A stretch of 64,000 nt of DNA from an uncultured bacterium (GTDB lineage Bacteria > Omnitrophota > Omnitrophia > Omnitrophales > Aquincolibacteriaceae), in contig CAYSSX010000001.1 of assembly GCA_964434115.1 (NCBI GenBank), positions 18,197 to 82,196 on the forward strand, in the 5' to 3' direction. The notes below the pieces were generated by a model that made no database searches, was not told the origin of the DNA, and was given only the letters and a program-made list of their open reading frames with translations. Both the position numbers and the translations under genes were made by a program. Below, piece by piece: positions 45,061 through 54,905 of this stretch. Each line of letters begins with the position of its first letter. Position 1 is the stretch's first letter.

Positions 45061-45918
45061 TTGATGAAAACCGCAGACGTGAAGACAAGTTCCATTTCCG
45101 AATACCTTTTGAAAAGCGGGGCCGTGACGCTTCTTTTCACCGCGGCCGGTCTCATTGCCTGCGCGCAGGCCCTGACGTTTCTTTTTGCCGGAGCGGATTT
45201 TTCTTCCGCGCTTGAGAATCTCCGGATGAAAAACGCGGTGTCCCAGTGGTTTACAAGTATTGTGTTTTCACTGTCTGCGTTTCTGGCCTGGGGAATCTCG
45301 AACGCCGCGGTCAACCGGGCAGACAAGAGAACCTGGCAGGGAACCGCCCTTTTTCTCGCGCTGCTTTCCGCCTGCGAAGTGGTTTCTCTTCGTGAATTTT
45401 TCGGCTGGTCGTACTTCCTGACTTCGACTGTCTCAACGCTGTCGGCGTGGTGGGGAGCGCTTGCCGTGATTTCCGTATTAAGTCTGTGGGGCGGTTACGG
45501 TCTGTACAAGGCCCTGACGGATTCTCCGAGAGCTGTTCAAACGCTGATTTTTGGAACGCTTCTTTACACGGCCGGCGCGCTCGGCGATGCTTTTGTGATC
45601 GTGATGGCCGCGGCCCGGCCTGAAGCCGGTATTTTCTGGCCTTTCCAGCTTGTGATGAACGGGGCTTTCAAAATGCTTGGAACCTCGGTTTTTCTGGCCG
45701 GCCTTATGCTTCATGAGGAATATTTGCACACGCAGATCCGCCGTGTTTTGAGCGGGCGCCACCCCGGCGGTCTTCCGGCCATTAAGTCAGAATCCGCCTC
45801 CTGGGCGCTTCGCATGATCGGCACCCCGACGCGTGATGAGATTTTGATGCAGGAAGAAACGGTGCGCGCCGCACAGCGCAGCCGCGATGAAAAACAGGGG
45901 ATAAAGGCAGGCGAATAA
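45061..45918 (+). CDS. Hypothetical polytopic membrane protein
   Basis: It has about 7 predicted TM helices and no recognisable motif. Confidence 0.5.
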   Translation: MMKTADVKTSSISEYLLKSGAVTLLFTAAGLIACAQALTFLFAGADFSSALENLRMKNAVSQWFTSIVFSLSAFLAWGISNAAVNRADKRTWQGTALFLALLSACEVVSLREFFGWSYFLTSTVSTLSAWWGALAVISVLSLWGGYGLYKALTDSPRAVQTLIFGTLLYTAGALGDAFVIVMAAARPEAGIFWPFQLVMNGAFKMLGTSVFLAGLMLHEEYLHTQIRRVLSGRHPGGLPAIKSESASWALRMIGTPTRDEILMQEETVRAAQRSRDEKQGIKAGE

Positions 45919-45919
45919 G

Positions 45920-46561
45920 ATGTCGCTGCCTGTCCTTCATTCTTTTGCCGGCTACGGCGTCCGCCGGCTGGCCTGCAAAGAAAAACTTCCCGAAAAGACA
46001 GCCTTGCTGCTGACGGTTTATTTTGTTTTTCTTGCGAACCTTCCTGATTTAGATTTCCTTCCCGGTGTCTTAACCGGAAGCGCTGCGGCTTTTCACCGCG
46101 GTTTCAGCCACAGTTTTGCGGCCGCGGTTCTATGCGCTTTGGCCGGTGCTTACGCCTGGAAAGTTTGGGGCAAGCGGCCTTTCCGGGGAATGTTCTTTGC
46201 TTCTTTTTTGTCCTATGCCTCACACCTTGTCCTTGACCTTCTTGGCAAGGCGCCGAAAGGCCTTGAACTGTTCTGGCCCTTTCTGTCACGCCGCGTTTAC
46301 GGTCCGCTGACGGATTTCTCGATTGACCTGAGCACGCACCCTCTTGAACGGGCCTCGGATTTCGGCAGTTTTTTTTCAGCGCTTACCGAGCGTTCCCTCC
46401 TGGAAGCTTTTTTCTTTGAAATGAGCGTGGTTTTTCTGGCCTGGTGTTTTTGGACTATTTTCAAGCCCGCGGAAGCGGAGCGGCGGGCGCACGCGGAAGT
46501 GGTTTTTTTGCGCGGAGCCTTGACCGCGATGTGCATGACGGTCTGTATTCTTTTGAAATAG
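45920..46561 (+). CDS. Membrane-bound metal-dependent hydrolase family protein (YdjM/DUF457-like)
   Basis: TM helices are interspersed with His-containing motifs (FHRGFSHSF, SHLVLDLLG). Confidence 0.55.
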   Translation: MSLPVLHSFAGYGVRRLACKEKLPEKTALLLTVYFVFLANLPDLDFLPGVLTGSAAAFHRGFSHSFAAAVLCALAGAYAWKVWGKRPFRGMFFASFLSYASHLVLDLLGKAPKGLELFWPFLSRRVYGPLTDFSIDLSTHPLERASDFGSFFSALTERSLLEAFFFEMSVVFLAWCFWTIFKPAEAERRAHAEVVFLRGALTAMCMTVCILLK

Positions 46562-46642
46562 ACCTTGGGCCGGGATTTTCCCGGCGCCGGGAAAATTGAA
46601 TCGTTTGTCCGAAGGGAATAAGGAAAAGCTTAAGGAGCGGGC

Positions 46643-47614
46643 ATGATTTGCCGGATTTGCGGGACGGCGGACGAACATAAGACTTATACGGTCCAGGAAA
46701 TGATGTTCGGGACCCGGGAAAAGTTCACCTATTTTCAATGTCTTTTCTGCGGGTGCCTGCAAATTTCCGAGTACCCCTCGGACATGGCCGCTTATTACCC
46801 GAAGGATTACTATTCTTATTCGCAGCGTTTGCCCGCGGTGCGGGCTTTAAAAAGCGGCATCCAGGATTTTTTGCGAAGAAAGAGAAACGAATCCCGTATC
46901 CGGGGAAAAGGGCTTTTGGGAAAGCTGCTGCTTCGGTGGAAACCCTTTGATGAGATTCCCGAAGAATGGATTTTAAAACTGAAGCTTCCCTTTGACGCCG
47001 CGATTCTTGATGTGGGCTGCGGAAACGGGGTGAGGCTGCTGAGTCTTAACCAGTTGGGTTATCAAAATCTGGCCGGAGTGGACCCCTTTATTCCGGAGAC
47101 GTGCCGGTATCCGAACGGAGTGGTGGTTCACAAAAAAGAGCTGGGTCAAATGGAAGGTCAGTTTGACCTGATCATGTTTCACCATTCCTTTGAGCACATG
47201 CAGAACCAGCTTGCTATTCTCAAACAGGCCTGCGCCCTTCTTAAGAAAAACGGGGTCTGCCTGGTGCGTATTCCAACGGCAAGCAGTTACGCGTGGGAAC
47301 ATTATGGCGTCCATTGGGTGAGTCTGGATGCGCCGCGGCACTATTACCTGCATTCCCATGAAAGCATCAGGTTTCTTTCATCGGAAGCCGGTTTTTCTTT
47401 GACGGAAATCAGTTCAGATTCCACAGACTTTCAGTTTTACGGAAGCGAGCAGTATCTGAAAAATATTCCGCTGGCAGCTCCGGAGTCTTATTGGGTGCAT
47501 CCGGAAAAATCTATTTTCACGGCCGGGGAAGTTGACGCGTTTAAAAGACGGGCCTGGCGCCTCAATGCTTTGGGAAGAGGCGATACGATTCAAGTTTTTA
47601 TGCGGAAAGAGTGA
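46643..47614 (+). CDS. Class I SAM-dependent methyltransferase with an N-terminal CxxC...CxxC zinc ribbon
   Basis: It has CRICG...CLFCGC and SAM motif I (LDVGCGNGVRL). Confidence 0.75.
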   Translation: MICRICGTADEHKTYTVQEMMFGTREKFTYFQCLFCGCLQISEYPSDMAAYYPKDYYSYSQRLPAVRALKSGIQDFLRRKRNESRIRGKGLLGKLLLRWKPFDEIPEEWILKLKLPFDAAILDVGCGNGVRLLSLNQLGYQNLAGVDPFIPETCRYPNGVVVHKKELGQMEGQFDLIMFHHSFEHMQNQLAILKQACALLKKNGVCLVRIPTASSYAWEHYGVHWVSLDAPRHYYLHSHESIRFLSSEAGFSLTEISSDSTDFQFYGSEQYLKNIPLAAPESYWVHPEKSIFTAGEVDAFKRRAWRLNALGRGDTIQVFMRKE

Positions 47615-47663
47615 GATTTTTTAGTAAAAATCCAAGGGCACCCAAAGGAGCTTTGATCACTCG

Positions 47664-48671
47664 ATGAATAAAATCATACCGGTGTTGACATTGATTGATG
47701 TAGAGCCTGATCTCCGCCTTGTGGATCCGGGTCATCGAGCCCCTTGGGAAGGGTATGAGAAGACCCATGAGTTTTTTTCCGCCCTTCGTGCCGAGCTCAC
47801 GGAGCGTACCGGCCGTGAAGTTCATTACGCCTGGTTTTACCGCATGGATCCGCAAATTGAAGAAGCTTACGGTTCCGCGGAATGGATTGTTGAAAATTAT
47901 CCGCAGGTCACGGAAGAAATCCTCTGGCAGGGAGATGATGCGGGGCTCCATACGCACGCCTGGCGCTGGAACCCGAAGACCCGGAGCTGGTTTACGGACC
48001 ACGCGGATCAAGCCTGGGTCGATCATTGCCTGCGCTTGTCCTTTGAGTCTTTCCGCAAGGCCTTTGGCAGGAATTGCGAAATCTTCCGTTTCGGCGACCG
48101 CTGGATGAATCAAAAAACCTTTGAGCTCGCGGAAAAACTCGGGGCGGTTTGCGACCTGACCCTTGAGCCGGGGCAGCCTGAGACAACGGGCATGATTCCC
48201 GGGGAAAAGGTCACAGGGCATTACCCCGACTACACCCATGTCCCTCACGCTGTTTACCGGCCTTCGCGCGGGGATTTTTTGAAGCCTGGGCTCTTTGACG
48301 CCGAGGGGGGGCTGAGAGTGATGCCTTTGAGCACCGGCTTTGTTTCCTACCAGTTTGGACGTCTGGAACGTCTTTACAGGAAGTTCGCCACCCCGCAAAT
48401 GCTCAAACCTTTTTGTGTGACCTTGAAGTGGGGCCTGCCGCCGGTACATTTCCGCGAGGTTCTTGAACAAGCCCTGAGCCACGATGAGCCCGGGTATGTG
48501 ACGCTTCTGGTCCGCTCCGATGAGGCCGGTGATCCGGTGAAGGCTGAGTGTATGGCGGAAAACCGTGAAATCCTTTTCGCCTTTGCCGAAAAGTACCCGT
48601 TTGTTTTTATGCATCCGACCGAAGCTCTTGCCGCACTCGACTCGCCCTTTTGTCAGGAGACAGTCCTGTGA
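47664..48671 (+). CDS. Hypothetical protein, possibly a divergent polysaccharide-modifying enzyme
   Basis: It is 335 aa and His/Asp-rich (GLHTHAWRW, DHADQAWVDH). It does not match a family I recognise. Confidence 0.4.
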   Translation: MNKIIPVLTLIDVEPDLRLVDPGHRAPWEGYEKTHEFFSALRAELTERTGREVHYAWFYRMDPQIEEAYGSAEWIVENYPQVTEEILWQGDDAGLHTHAWRWNPKTRSWFTDHADQAWVDHCLRLSFESFRKAFGRNCEIFRFGDRWMNQKTFELAEKLGAVCDLTLEPGQPETTGMIPGEKVTGHYPDYTHVPHAVYRPSRGDFLKPGLFDAEGGLRVMPLSTGFVSYQFGRLERLYRKFATPQMLKPFCVTLKWGLPPVHFREVLEQALSHDEPGYVTLLVRSDEAGDPVKAECMAENREILFAFAEKYPFVFMHPTEALAALDSPFCQETVL

Positions 48672-49318
48672 GCGTCCCTGGTTTTTTTAAGAAACCGTTT
48701 TTAAGCCTGCTGGACCGCTGGGGTGTCCGCGTGGAGACGCGCGCCCCGGAAATGCGCCGCCGTTTTAAACGCTTTGGCCGTTCCTGGATTCATGAACCTC
48801 TCGGCCTTTTTAAAAACCCCCAGTACATGAGCATTGGCAGCGGGGTTTGTATTGAAGCGAACGTGACGGTCGAGGCTGAAGATTATTACCCGTTGTCCAA
48901 CCAGCGCTTTTCTCCGGTTTTTGAAATCGGGGACGGAACCCACATCCGCAGCTACTCGAGCTTCTACTGTTCGAATTCCATTAAAATCGGAAAAAACGTT
49001 CTGATCGGGCGGTATGCGATGGTGACAGACCTCAGCCATTCTTACGACGATGTTGGTAAACCGGTCAATGCCCAGCCGATCACGGAAGGCGGGTGGGTGG
49101 TGATTGAAGACGAGTGCTTTATCGGGCACGGCGCCATGATTCTCCGCAATGTCAGGATTGGAAAACATGCCATTGTGGGGGCCGGTGCCGTGGTCACAAG
49201 GGACGTTCCGCCTTACACCGTGGTCGCGGGTAATCCCGCGGCCGTGCTTTGCCAATACGACGAAAATTCCCGGGAGTGGAAAAGACTCCACCGCGGTTCC
49301 GCAGCCGCAGTTTCTTAA
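48650..49318 (+). CDS. Hexapeptide-repeat (LbH) sugar O-acetyltransferase
   Basis: It has hexapeptide repeats (IGKNVLIGRYAMV..., IGHGAMILRNVRIGKHAIVGAGAVV) and a C-terminal VVAGNPAAV. Confidence 0.8.
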   Translation: MSGDSPVSVPGFFKKPFLSLLDRWGVRVETRAPEMRRRFKRFGRSWIHEPLGLFKNPQYMSIGSGVCIEANVTVEAEDYYPLSNQRFSPVFEIGDGTHIRSYSSFYCSNSIKIGKNVLIGRYAMVTDLSHSYDDVGKPVNAQPITEGGWVVIEDECFIGHGAMILRNVRIGKHAIVGAGAVVTRDVPPYTVVAGNPAAVLCQYDENSREWKRLHRGSAAAVS

Positions 49319-49329
49319 ACAGGAGATTT

Positions 49330-50802
49330 ATGACTTCGCTGAAACACAAAACCGTATCCGGATTTACCTGGCAGATTATCCTGCAAGTGACGACCAAGGC
49401 GATTTCGGTCGGAACCTTTGCCGTGCTCGCGCGCATTCTTCCGCCGTCTGCTTTCGGTTTGTTTGCCCTGGCCTTTGTGGCCATTGACGGGCTTTCCCTT
49501 TTCAAGACCTTTGGCATTGACGCCGGCCTGATTCAGCGCAAAGACGCCAACGACGCGGTCAAAAGCACGGCCTTTTTTATGGTTCAGATCTCCAGCGCCT
49601 CGGTGTTTCTTCTCTGTTTTATTTTGGCGCCGTTTGCGGGCGAGTTTTTCCATAACCCCGAGGCCGCTTCCGTGATTCGTGCCTTGGGCATTATTTTTGT
49701 GTGCAATGGCTTTGGAAAGATCCCTTCGGCGCTTCTCACCAAGGAAATGCGGTTCCGGCTGATTTCAATCATTCAGCTTGTGGGCGGCATCGTGAACTCC
49801 GTCTGCGCCATCAGCTTTGCTTTGATTTCTCCGAGCGTCTGGAGCCTGGTGCTCGCGTACCTGGCCAAAACCCTGGTGATGGACGGCCTCAGCTGGTATC
49901 ACTCCAAGTTCCGGCTCCGGTTTGTTTTTGACCGGAAGATCGCCAGTGAGTTTTTTAATTTCGGAAGCATTTTAATGATGGGCGGAATATTTACGTACCT
50001 GACCGAGAACCTCAACAACCTCGCTGTGGGCCGCCTGCTGGGCACCACTTTGGTGGGGTATATGGCGCTGGCCAACAATGTCGCCAGTTTTATCAACACC
50101 CATTTTACCTACCTGATTCTGCGCGTTCTTTTTCCCGCGTATGCCACGCTTCAGGATGACAAGTTTGAGCTCAAGCGCGTTTACCTGAAGATCCTGAAAT
50201 TCATCTCCATGTTTACCGTTCCGTTCTGTGTGGCGCTGATGGTGCTGGCCAAGGAACTTGTGCTGACCCTTTACGGGGAAAAATGGCTGATCATTGTGCC
50301 GATTGCCCAGGTTGCCGCCGCGATCCAGCTTTTTGCCTCGATTTTGAGCGGGGCGGGGCCGGTTTACCTGGCCTGCGGCCGTCCGAAATACGGCCTTCAC
50401 CTTGCCATTCTGGGGCTTGTGATCCGTATTCCGCTGGTGATCGTGATGACGAAATTGTGGGGGCTGATGGGGACCGTGCTTTCCGACCTTTTTGTGAATA
50501 TGATTCTCGCGCCGCTCAGTATTCTCATGGTCCGCCGCACAATCCCTTTTACCTGGGGGGAATTTTACAAAGCCCTGTCGCCTTCAATCCTGTGCACGGC
50601 CGTGATGGCGGGTTTTATCCTGATCTTTAAATTTTCCGTCCACCTCCCGTTCATGTCTTTTATGGCGAACCTTCCCTTTGTTCAGCTTTTGACGGCGACA
50701 GTGATCGGGTGCGCGGCTTACGGTGCAGCCGTGTTTGTTCTGGATCAGCCCGCGGTGCAGGAACTGAAGGGGCTTATCAAAAAGCCCGCGAAACTTGTTT
50801 GA
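49330..50802 (+). CDS. Wzx-type polysaccharide flippase (MOP superfamily)
   Basis: It has about 12-14 TM helices in a PST-family pattern. The start is adjusted to MTSLKHK; the ORF track starts at 49249. Confidence 0.85.
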   Translation: MTSLKHKTVSGFTWQIILQVTTKAISVGTFAVLARILPPSAFGLFALAFVAIDGLSLFKTFGIDAGLIQRKDANDAVKSTAFFMVQISSASVFLLCFILAPFAGEFFHNPEAASVIRALGIIFVCNGFGKIPSALLTKEMRFRLISIIQLVGGIVNSVCAISFALISPSVWSLVLAYLAKTLVMDGLSWYHSKFRLRFVFDRKIASEFFNFGSILMMGGIFTYLTENLNNLAVGRLLGTTLVGYMALANNVASFINTHFTYLILRVLFPAYATLQDDKFELKRVYLKILKFISMFTVPFCVALMVLAKELVLTLYGEKWLIIVPIAQVAAAIQLFASILSGAGPVYLACGRPKYGLHLAILGLVIRIPLVIVMTKLWGLMGTVLSDLFVNMILAPLSILMVRRTIPFTWGEFYKALSPSILCTAVMAGFILIFKFSVHLPFMSFMANLPFVQLLTATVIGCAAYGAAVFVLDQPAVQELKGLIKKPAKLV

Positions 50803-50858
50803 TTGAAACGCAGTTAAAACCGTGTTTCGAAGAAAATCCGATTTAAGAGGACGCAGGA

Positions 50859-51626
50859 ATGGAGTTAATTAAAGAAAAAGCTGTCGAAGCCTATCAGAAA
50901 ATCTGGCTGGGGACGATGGACGGTATTTATGATCACCACCAATACCGCAACATCGTTCTGCATGAACAGAAGGCGGTTTATTATTTTATTCCCAAAGTGG
51001 CGTGCTCGACTTTGAAGAAAGTGTTTGCCAAGGCCCTGGGAATTTACGAAGAAGGCCGGGATGTTCAGTACCTCAACTACCCGACGATGCCGCATTGGAA
51101 GCTGAAGCGCCACCGGGATTACTTTAAGTTCTGCTTTGTCCGCAACCCGTGGGACCGGCTTGTTTCGGCGTATTCCAATAAAATCTCCCAAGACCCCGGA
51201 CAAAATGACGCTGTTTTTGAAAACGGTGTTCCCCGGATCTGGAAAAAATTCGGTGTTTTTTATCCAGGGATGGATTTCGCTTCATTTGCCGCGGCGGTGG
51301 CCCGGATTCCTGATTCCGAGGCCGAAGCGCACTTCCGGTCGCAGTCGGCATTTTTCAAAAATGCCTCTGGGGATATCCCGATGGATTTTGTCGGACGCTT
51401 TGAAAATCTGGACGAGGATTTCCGTCTACTGTGTCAAAAAATCGGTCTCGAAGAGGCCGGGCTTGAACACAGGAACCGTTCGCGGCGGAAGGCCTATCAG
51501 AGTTACTACGATGACAAAACGCGGCGCCTGGTTGAGGAACGTTATCAGGAAGACATCCGCCGTTTCGGGTATTCTTTTGGAAATGTGCAGCCCGTTTTTG
51601 GACGCCTTGGCAAGGTTCTCCAGTAA
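50859..51626 (+). CDS. Carbohydrate sulfotransferase (Sulfotransfer_2 family)
   Basis: It has a 5'-PSB-like motif (IPKVACSTLKKVF) and a 3'-PB-like motif (VRNPWDRLVSAY) characteristic of PAPS-dependent sulfotransferases. Confidence 0.8.
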   Translation: MELIKEKAVEAYQKIWLGTMDGIYDHHQYRNIVLHEQKAVYYFIPKVACSTLKKVFAKALGIYEEGRDVQYLNYPTMPHWKLKRHRDYFKFCFVRNPWDRLVSAYSNKISQDPGQNDAVFENGVPRIWKKFGVFYPGMDFASFAAAVARIPDSEAEAHFRSQSAFFKNASGDIPMDFVGRFENLDEDFRLLCQKIGLEEAGLEHRNRSRRKAYQSYYDDKTRRLVEERYQEDIRRFGYSFGNVQPVFGRLGKVLQ

Positions 51627-51644
51627 AGATTCTTTTGAAGGTGA

Positions 51645-52643
51645 GTGTTTTTTATGAGAGTCAGTGTTGTGATTCCGACCTACAACCGCCCGCAGTTCGT
51701 GGAGCGGGCGGTAAAGAGCGTGCTTGGACAGACTTTTTCGGATTATGAGATTCTCGTGGTCCAGAACGGGCCTCAGGATGTTTCCCGCTCCGTAAGCGAA
51801 AGTTTTATGAAAGCCGGGGCTCCTGTCCGGCACATTTACAGCCCGAAACCCTGCGCGGTCAGCGCCCGTAACCTGGGAGCGAGCGAGGCCCAGGGGGATT
51901 TGATCGCTTTTCTGGACGATGACGATGAATGGTTCCCCGAAAAGCTGGAAAAGCAGGTGCTTTTTTTGGACGAGCATCCGGACATGGCTTTGGCCGCGTG
52001 CCGGGTGCAGATTGAGGATGCTCGCGGGCTTGTCCTTCAAAAGGAAAACACTCCTTTTTACGGCGAAGTGACCTTTCGCAAACTCTTGACCCAGGGCTGT
52101 GTGATCCACTCGTTTTCGTCCGTTGTGATCCGAAGGGAAGCGTTTCATCGCGCCGGAGGCCTGAACGCGGCTTACCGCAGCTCCAATGATTATGATTTTT
52201 ATTTCCGGCTGGCCATGACGGACCGCCTGTGGCTTATGCCCGGTGTCCTCGTGCATTATCATTTTCACGAGGGCAGTCTGACCCAGGACCTGGTGATGAA
52301 ATTTGACGAAAATATGGCGGTTCTGCGCTCGCTTGAAAAATGTCCGGTTGAGAAATACGGCGTGGGGCGGAAGCTGCTCAGAATGCTTACGATTAAACGT
52401 TCCCTGATGTATTGCAACCGCGGGTTGGATGAGTATGAGGCCGGGCGTTTTGCCGCTGCGGGACATTTCTTGTCAGCCGCCCTTAAACGCGATCCTTGCG
52501 TGGGAACTAAAATCCGCTGGGGCAAAAGAAACCCGTTCTGGAAGCGCTGGATTCGCCCGTACGCGTATTTGGCCTTATCTTTTCTGAAGAGTTTCCGCCG
52601 CGATCTGTTACTGCCGAAAGGGACTTCGCATGCCTCTGCCTGA
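51645..52643 (+). CDS. Glycosyltransferase family 2
   Basis: It has the motifs VVIPTYNR and FLDDDDEW (DxD). Confidence 0.85.
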   Translation: MFFMRVSVVIPTYNRPQFVERAVKSVLGQTFSDYEILVVQNGPQDVSRSVSESFMKAGAPVRHIYSPKPCAVSARNLGASEAQGDLIAFLDDDDEWFPEKLEKQVLFLDEHPDMALAACRVQIEDARGLVLQKENTPFYGEVTFRKLLTQGCVIHSFSSVVIRREAFHRAGGLNAAYRSSNDYDFYFRLAMTDRLWLMPGVLVHYHFHEGSLTQDLVMKFDENMAVLRSLEKCPVEKYGVGRKLLRMLTIKRSLMYCNRGLDEYEAGRFAAAGHFLSAALKRDPCVGTKIRWGKRNPFWKRWIRPYAYLALSFLKSFRRDLLLPKGTSHASA

Positions 52644-53940
52644 CCGTGGAAAACTCAGGATCGGTTACTTTCTCTACGGCAAGGGCCTGGGCGGCAACGG
52701 GCGCTATGTGGAAAGCCTGCTGGAGCGGCTGGATACCCGGAAGCACGAGGTCACCGTCTATCTTTATTGCCCGGAAGGGGAAGACCGTGAAAAATTTGTG
52801 AAACTCGCGGAGTCTCTGAATGTCCGTATTTGTCCTTTTAATTCCGAGGGGCTTCCCGCGGTTGAAACGCGGGAACCTAAAACCGCTCCTCAGACCGGGC
52901 ACGCTGCGGCTTCTTCCGGCGCTAAACCCGGCAAAGAGACTTTGCAGGAAAGTTTCCGCATCTGGATTTATTACCTGAAGGCGGTCTGGAAGCTCCGGAA
53001 TTTTTTCCGTGCGGAGAAACTGGATGTCCTGCATTTGAGCCTTGGGACTTTTCCCACTCTGCTTCACGTCGTCAACGGGGCCTTGCTTTCCGGAACACGC
53101 GCGGTGCCCATGATCATTCATATTCTTGAAATTCAGCGCGACCCCCGGGCCATTGACCGTTTTCTGATGAACCGCGTGATCCGGGCGCGCAATCCGGTGA
53201 TTGCGCTTTCCAACACCATGAAAAAAGAACTGCTCTCGCGCTTTGGTTTTCAGTCCAGCCGTGTTTCTCCGGTTTATAACGGGGTGGATCCCGATGCCTA
53301 CGGCTACGGCCGCGTGCCTTCCTTGAACAAGCAGGCGCTTGGCCTTCAAAGCTCTGAAAAGGCCGTGCTGGTGCCTGCCCGCTTTCACCCGGTGAAAGGG
53401 CATGACGTTCTTTTCAAAGCCATTGCCCAAAACCGTGAAGCCCTGAGAAACCACGTGTTCCTGCTTGCCGGCGAAGGTCCGCTTGAGGACGCGCTCAAAC
53501 AGCAGGCCCGGGATCTTGGGATTTCGGACAGGGTCCGCTTCATCGGCTTCCGTAACGACATTCCTTCGCTTCTGACGCTTTGCGATTTCACCGTGCTTCC
53601 TTCCTATAATGAAGGTTTTCCTTTTGTGCTTCTGGAATCCATGGCCACCGGAAAGCCTGTGATTGGAACTGATGTCGGGGCCGTATGCGAGATGATCTAC
53701 GAAGGCAAAAACGGTTTTATGGTCAAGGCCGGTGATGTGGACGGCCTGTCCAAGGCTTTGCTTCACATGGTTTCCGCCCCTGAGGACGAGAGGCTGGAAA
53801 TGGGGGCTTGGGGCGCGGGGCTTATCCGCGACCGCTTCTCACTGCAGCTGATGATTGAGAATACGTTTGCCCATTACAGCGTGCCGGTCTCCGAATTATT
53901 GCGCAAGCAAGAGCCTGCTTTAACGGGAGTGAAGTCCTGA
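52630..53940 (+). CDS. Glycosyltransferase family 4 (GT-B)
   Basis: It has the C-terminal motif EGFPFVLLESMATGKPVIGTDVGA. Confidence 0.85.
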   Translation: MPLPDRGKLRIGYFLYGKGLGGNGRYVESLLERLDTRKHEVTVYLYCPEGEDREKFVKLAESLNVRICPFNSEGLPAVETREPKTAPQTGHAAASSGAKPGKETLQESFRIWIYYLKAVWKLRNFFRAEKLDVLHLSLGTFPTLLHVVNGALLSGTRAVPMIIHILEIQRDPRAIDRFLMNRVIRARNPVIALSNTMKKELLSRFGFQSSRVSPVYNGVDPDAYGYGRVPSLNKQALGLQSSEKAVLVPARFHPVKGHDVLFKAIAQNREALRNHVFLLAGEGPLEDALKQQARDLGISDRVRFIGFRNDIPSLLTLCDFTVLPSYNEGFPFVLLESMATGKPVIGTDVGAVCEMIYEGKNGFMVKAGDVDGLSKALLHMVSAPEDERLEMGAWGAGLIRDRFSLQLMIENTFAHYSVPVSELLRKQEPALTGVKS

Positions 53941-54905
53941 TGTTCAGTCTTATTCTTTGCACTTACAACCGCGCGGAAAGCCTTGCCGAGACCCTGCAGT
54001 CTATTAACACCCAGGTTGTGCCGCAGGACTTCCGCGGCGAGATTCTTGTGGTGGACAACAATTCCAAAGACCGGACGCGCCAGGCGGTCGAGGTTTTCGC
54101 GGGCATGAGCCAATGGCCGGTCCGCTATATTTTTGAAAGCAAGCAGGGTTTGTCGCACGCCCGCAACGCGGGGATTGAGGCCGCGCGGGGGGACGTGATC
54201 GGTTTTCTCGATGACGATGTGATTGTGGAACCGGGCTGGCTGGCGGCTATGGATGCTTTATTCCGGGAAACGGATGCCGCGATGGCGGGCGGAAAAATTC
54301 TCCGCCGCTGGGACTGCAAGCCCCCGGATTGGTATACGGAAGAAATCGGAGGGCCGTTGATCGGCCAGGATTACGGACCGAAGCGGAAAAAGGATTTTCA
54401 AAAAGGGCAGTACCTTATCGGCGCGAGCATGGCTTTCCGGAAATCGATTTTTGAAAAGACCGGACTATTCAGCGTGGAGCTGGGCCGCAAGGGGAATTCC
54501 CTGATCGGCGGCGAAGACAAAGACATTTTTGAGCGCGTGAGCGCGGCGGGCGGCGTTATTTATTATGAACCCGCGGCCGTGATTCAGCACCGGGTGGAGC
54601 AGGAGCGCCTGACCAAAGAATATATGCGCCGGTGGTTTTACGCGATCGGCCAGACAGCCGGGCATCAGATGGAGCGGAAAACCTCCGCGGTTCTGACCGG
54701 CGCGCCGCTTTGGGTCTGGGGTGACTTTGCCGCGGCCCTTCTGCGATATCTCCGGGTTCGTGTTTTCTTCCGCAGCCCGGACTCTGAAAAATTTGCCAGT
54801 GAAGTCTCCCTCCGCTATAACGCAGGCGTTCTGAGGGAATGTTTGATCCATTGGATTCCGTATTCGGGGATCCAAAATTTATGCGTGTTCCGGGAGAAAA
54901 AATGA
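53940..54905 (+). CDS. Glycosyltransferase family 2
   Basis: It has the motifs LILCTYNRAESL and FLDDDV. It is paralogous to the gene at 55856. Confidence 0.85.
   Translation: MFSLILCTYNRAESLAETLQSINTQVVPQDFRGEILVVDNNSKDRTRQAVEVFAGMSQWPVRYIFESKQGLSHARNAGIEAARGDVIGFLDDDVIVEPGWLAAMDALFRETDAAMAGGKILRRWDCKPPDWYTEEIGGPLIGQDYGPKRKKDFQKGQYLIGASMAFRKSIFEKTGLFSVELGRKGNSLIGGEDKDIFERVSAAGGVIYYEPAAVIQHRVEQERLTKEYMRRWFYAIGQTAGHQMERKTSAVLTGAPLWVWGDFAAALLRYLRVRVFFRSPDSEKFASEVSLRYNAGVLRECLIHWIPYSGIQNLCVFREKK

Noticed and set aside
52507-53766. Long minus-strand ORFs (419 aa here; also 56769-57920, 383 aa) inside the glycosyltransferase array
   Set aside because: They are antisense to GT2/GT4 genes with clear catalytic motifs. 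No domain signatures are present.
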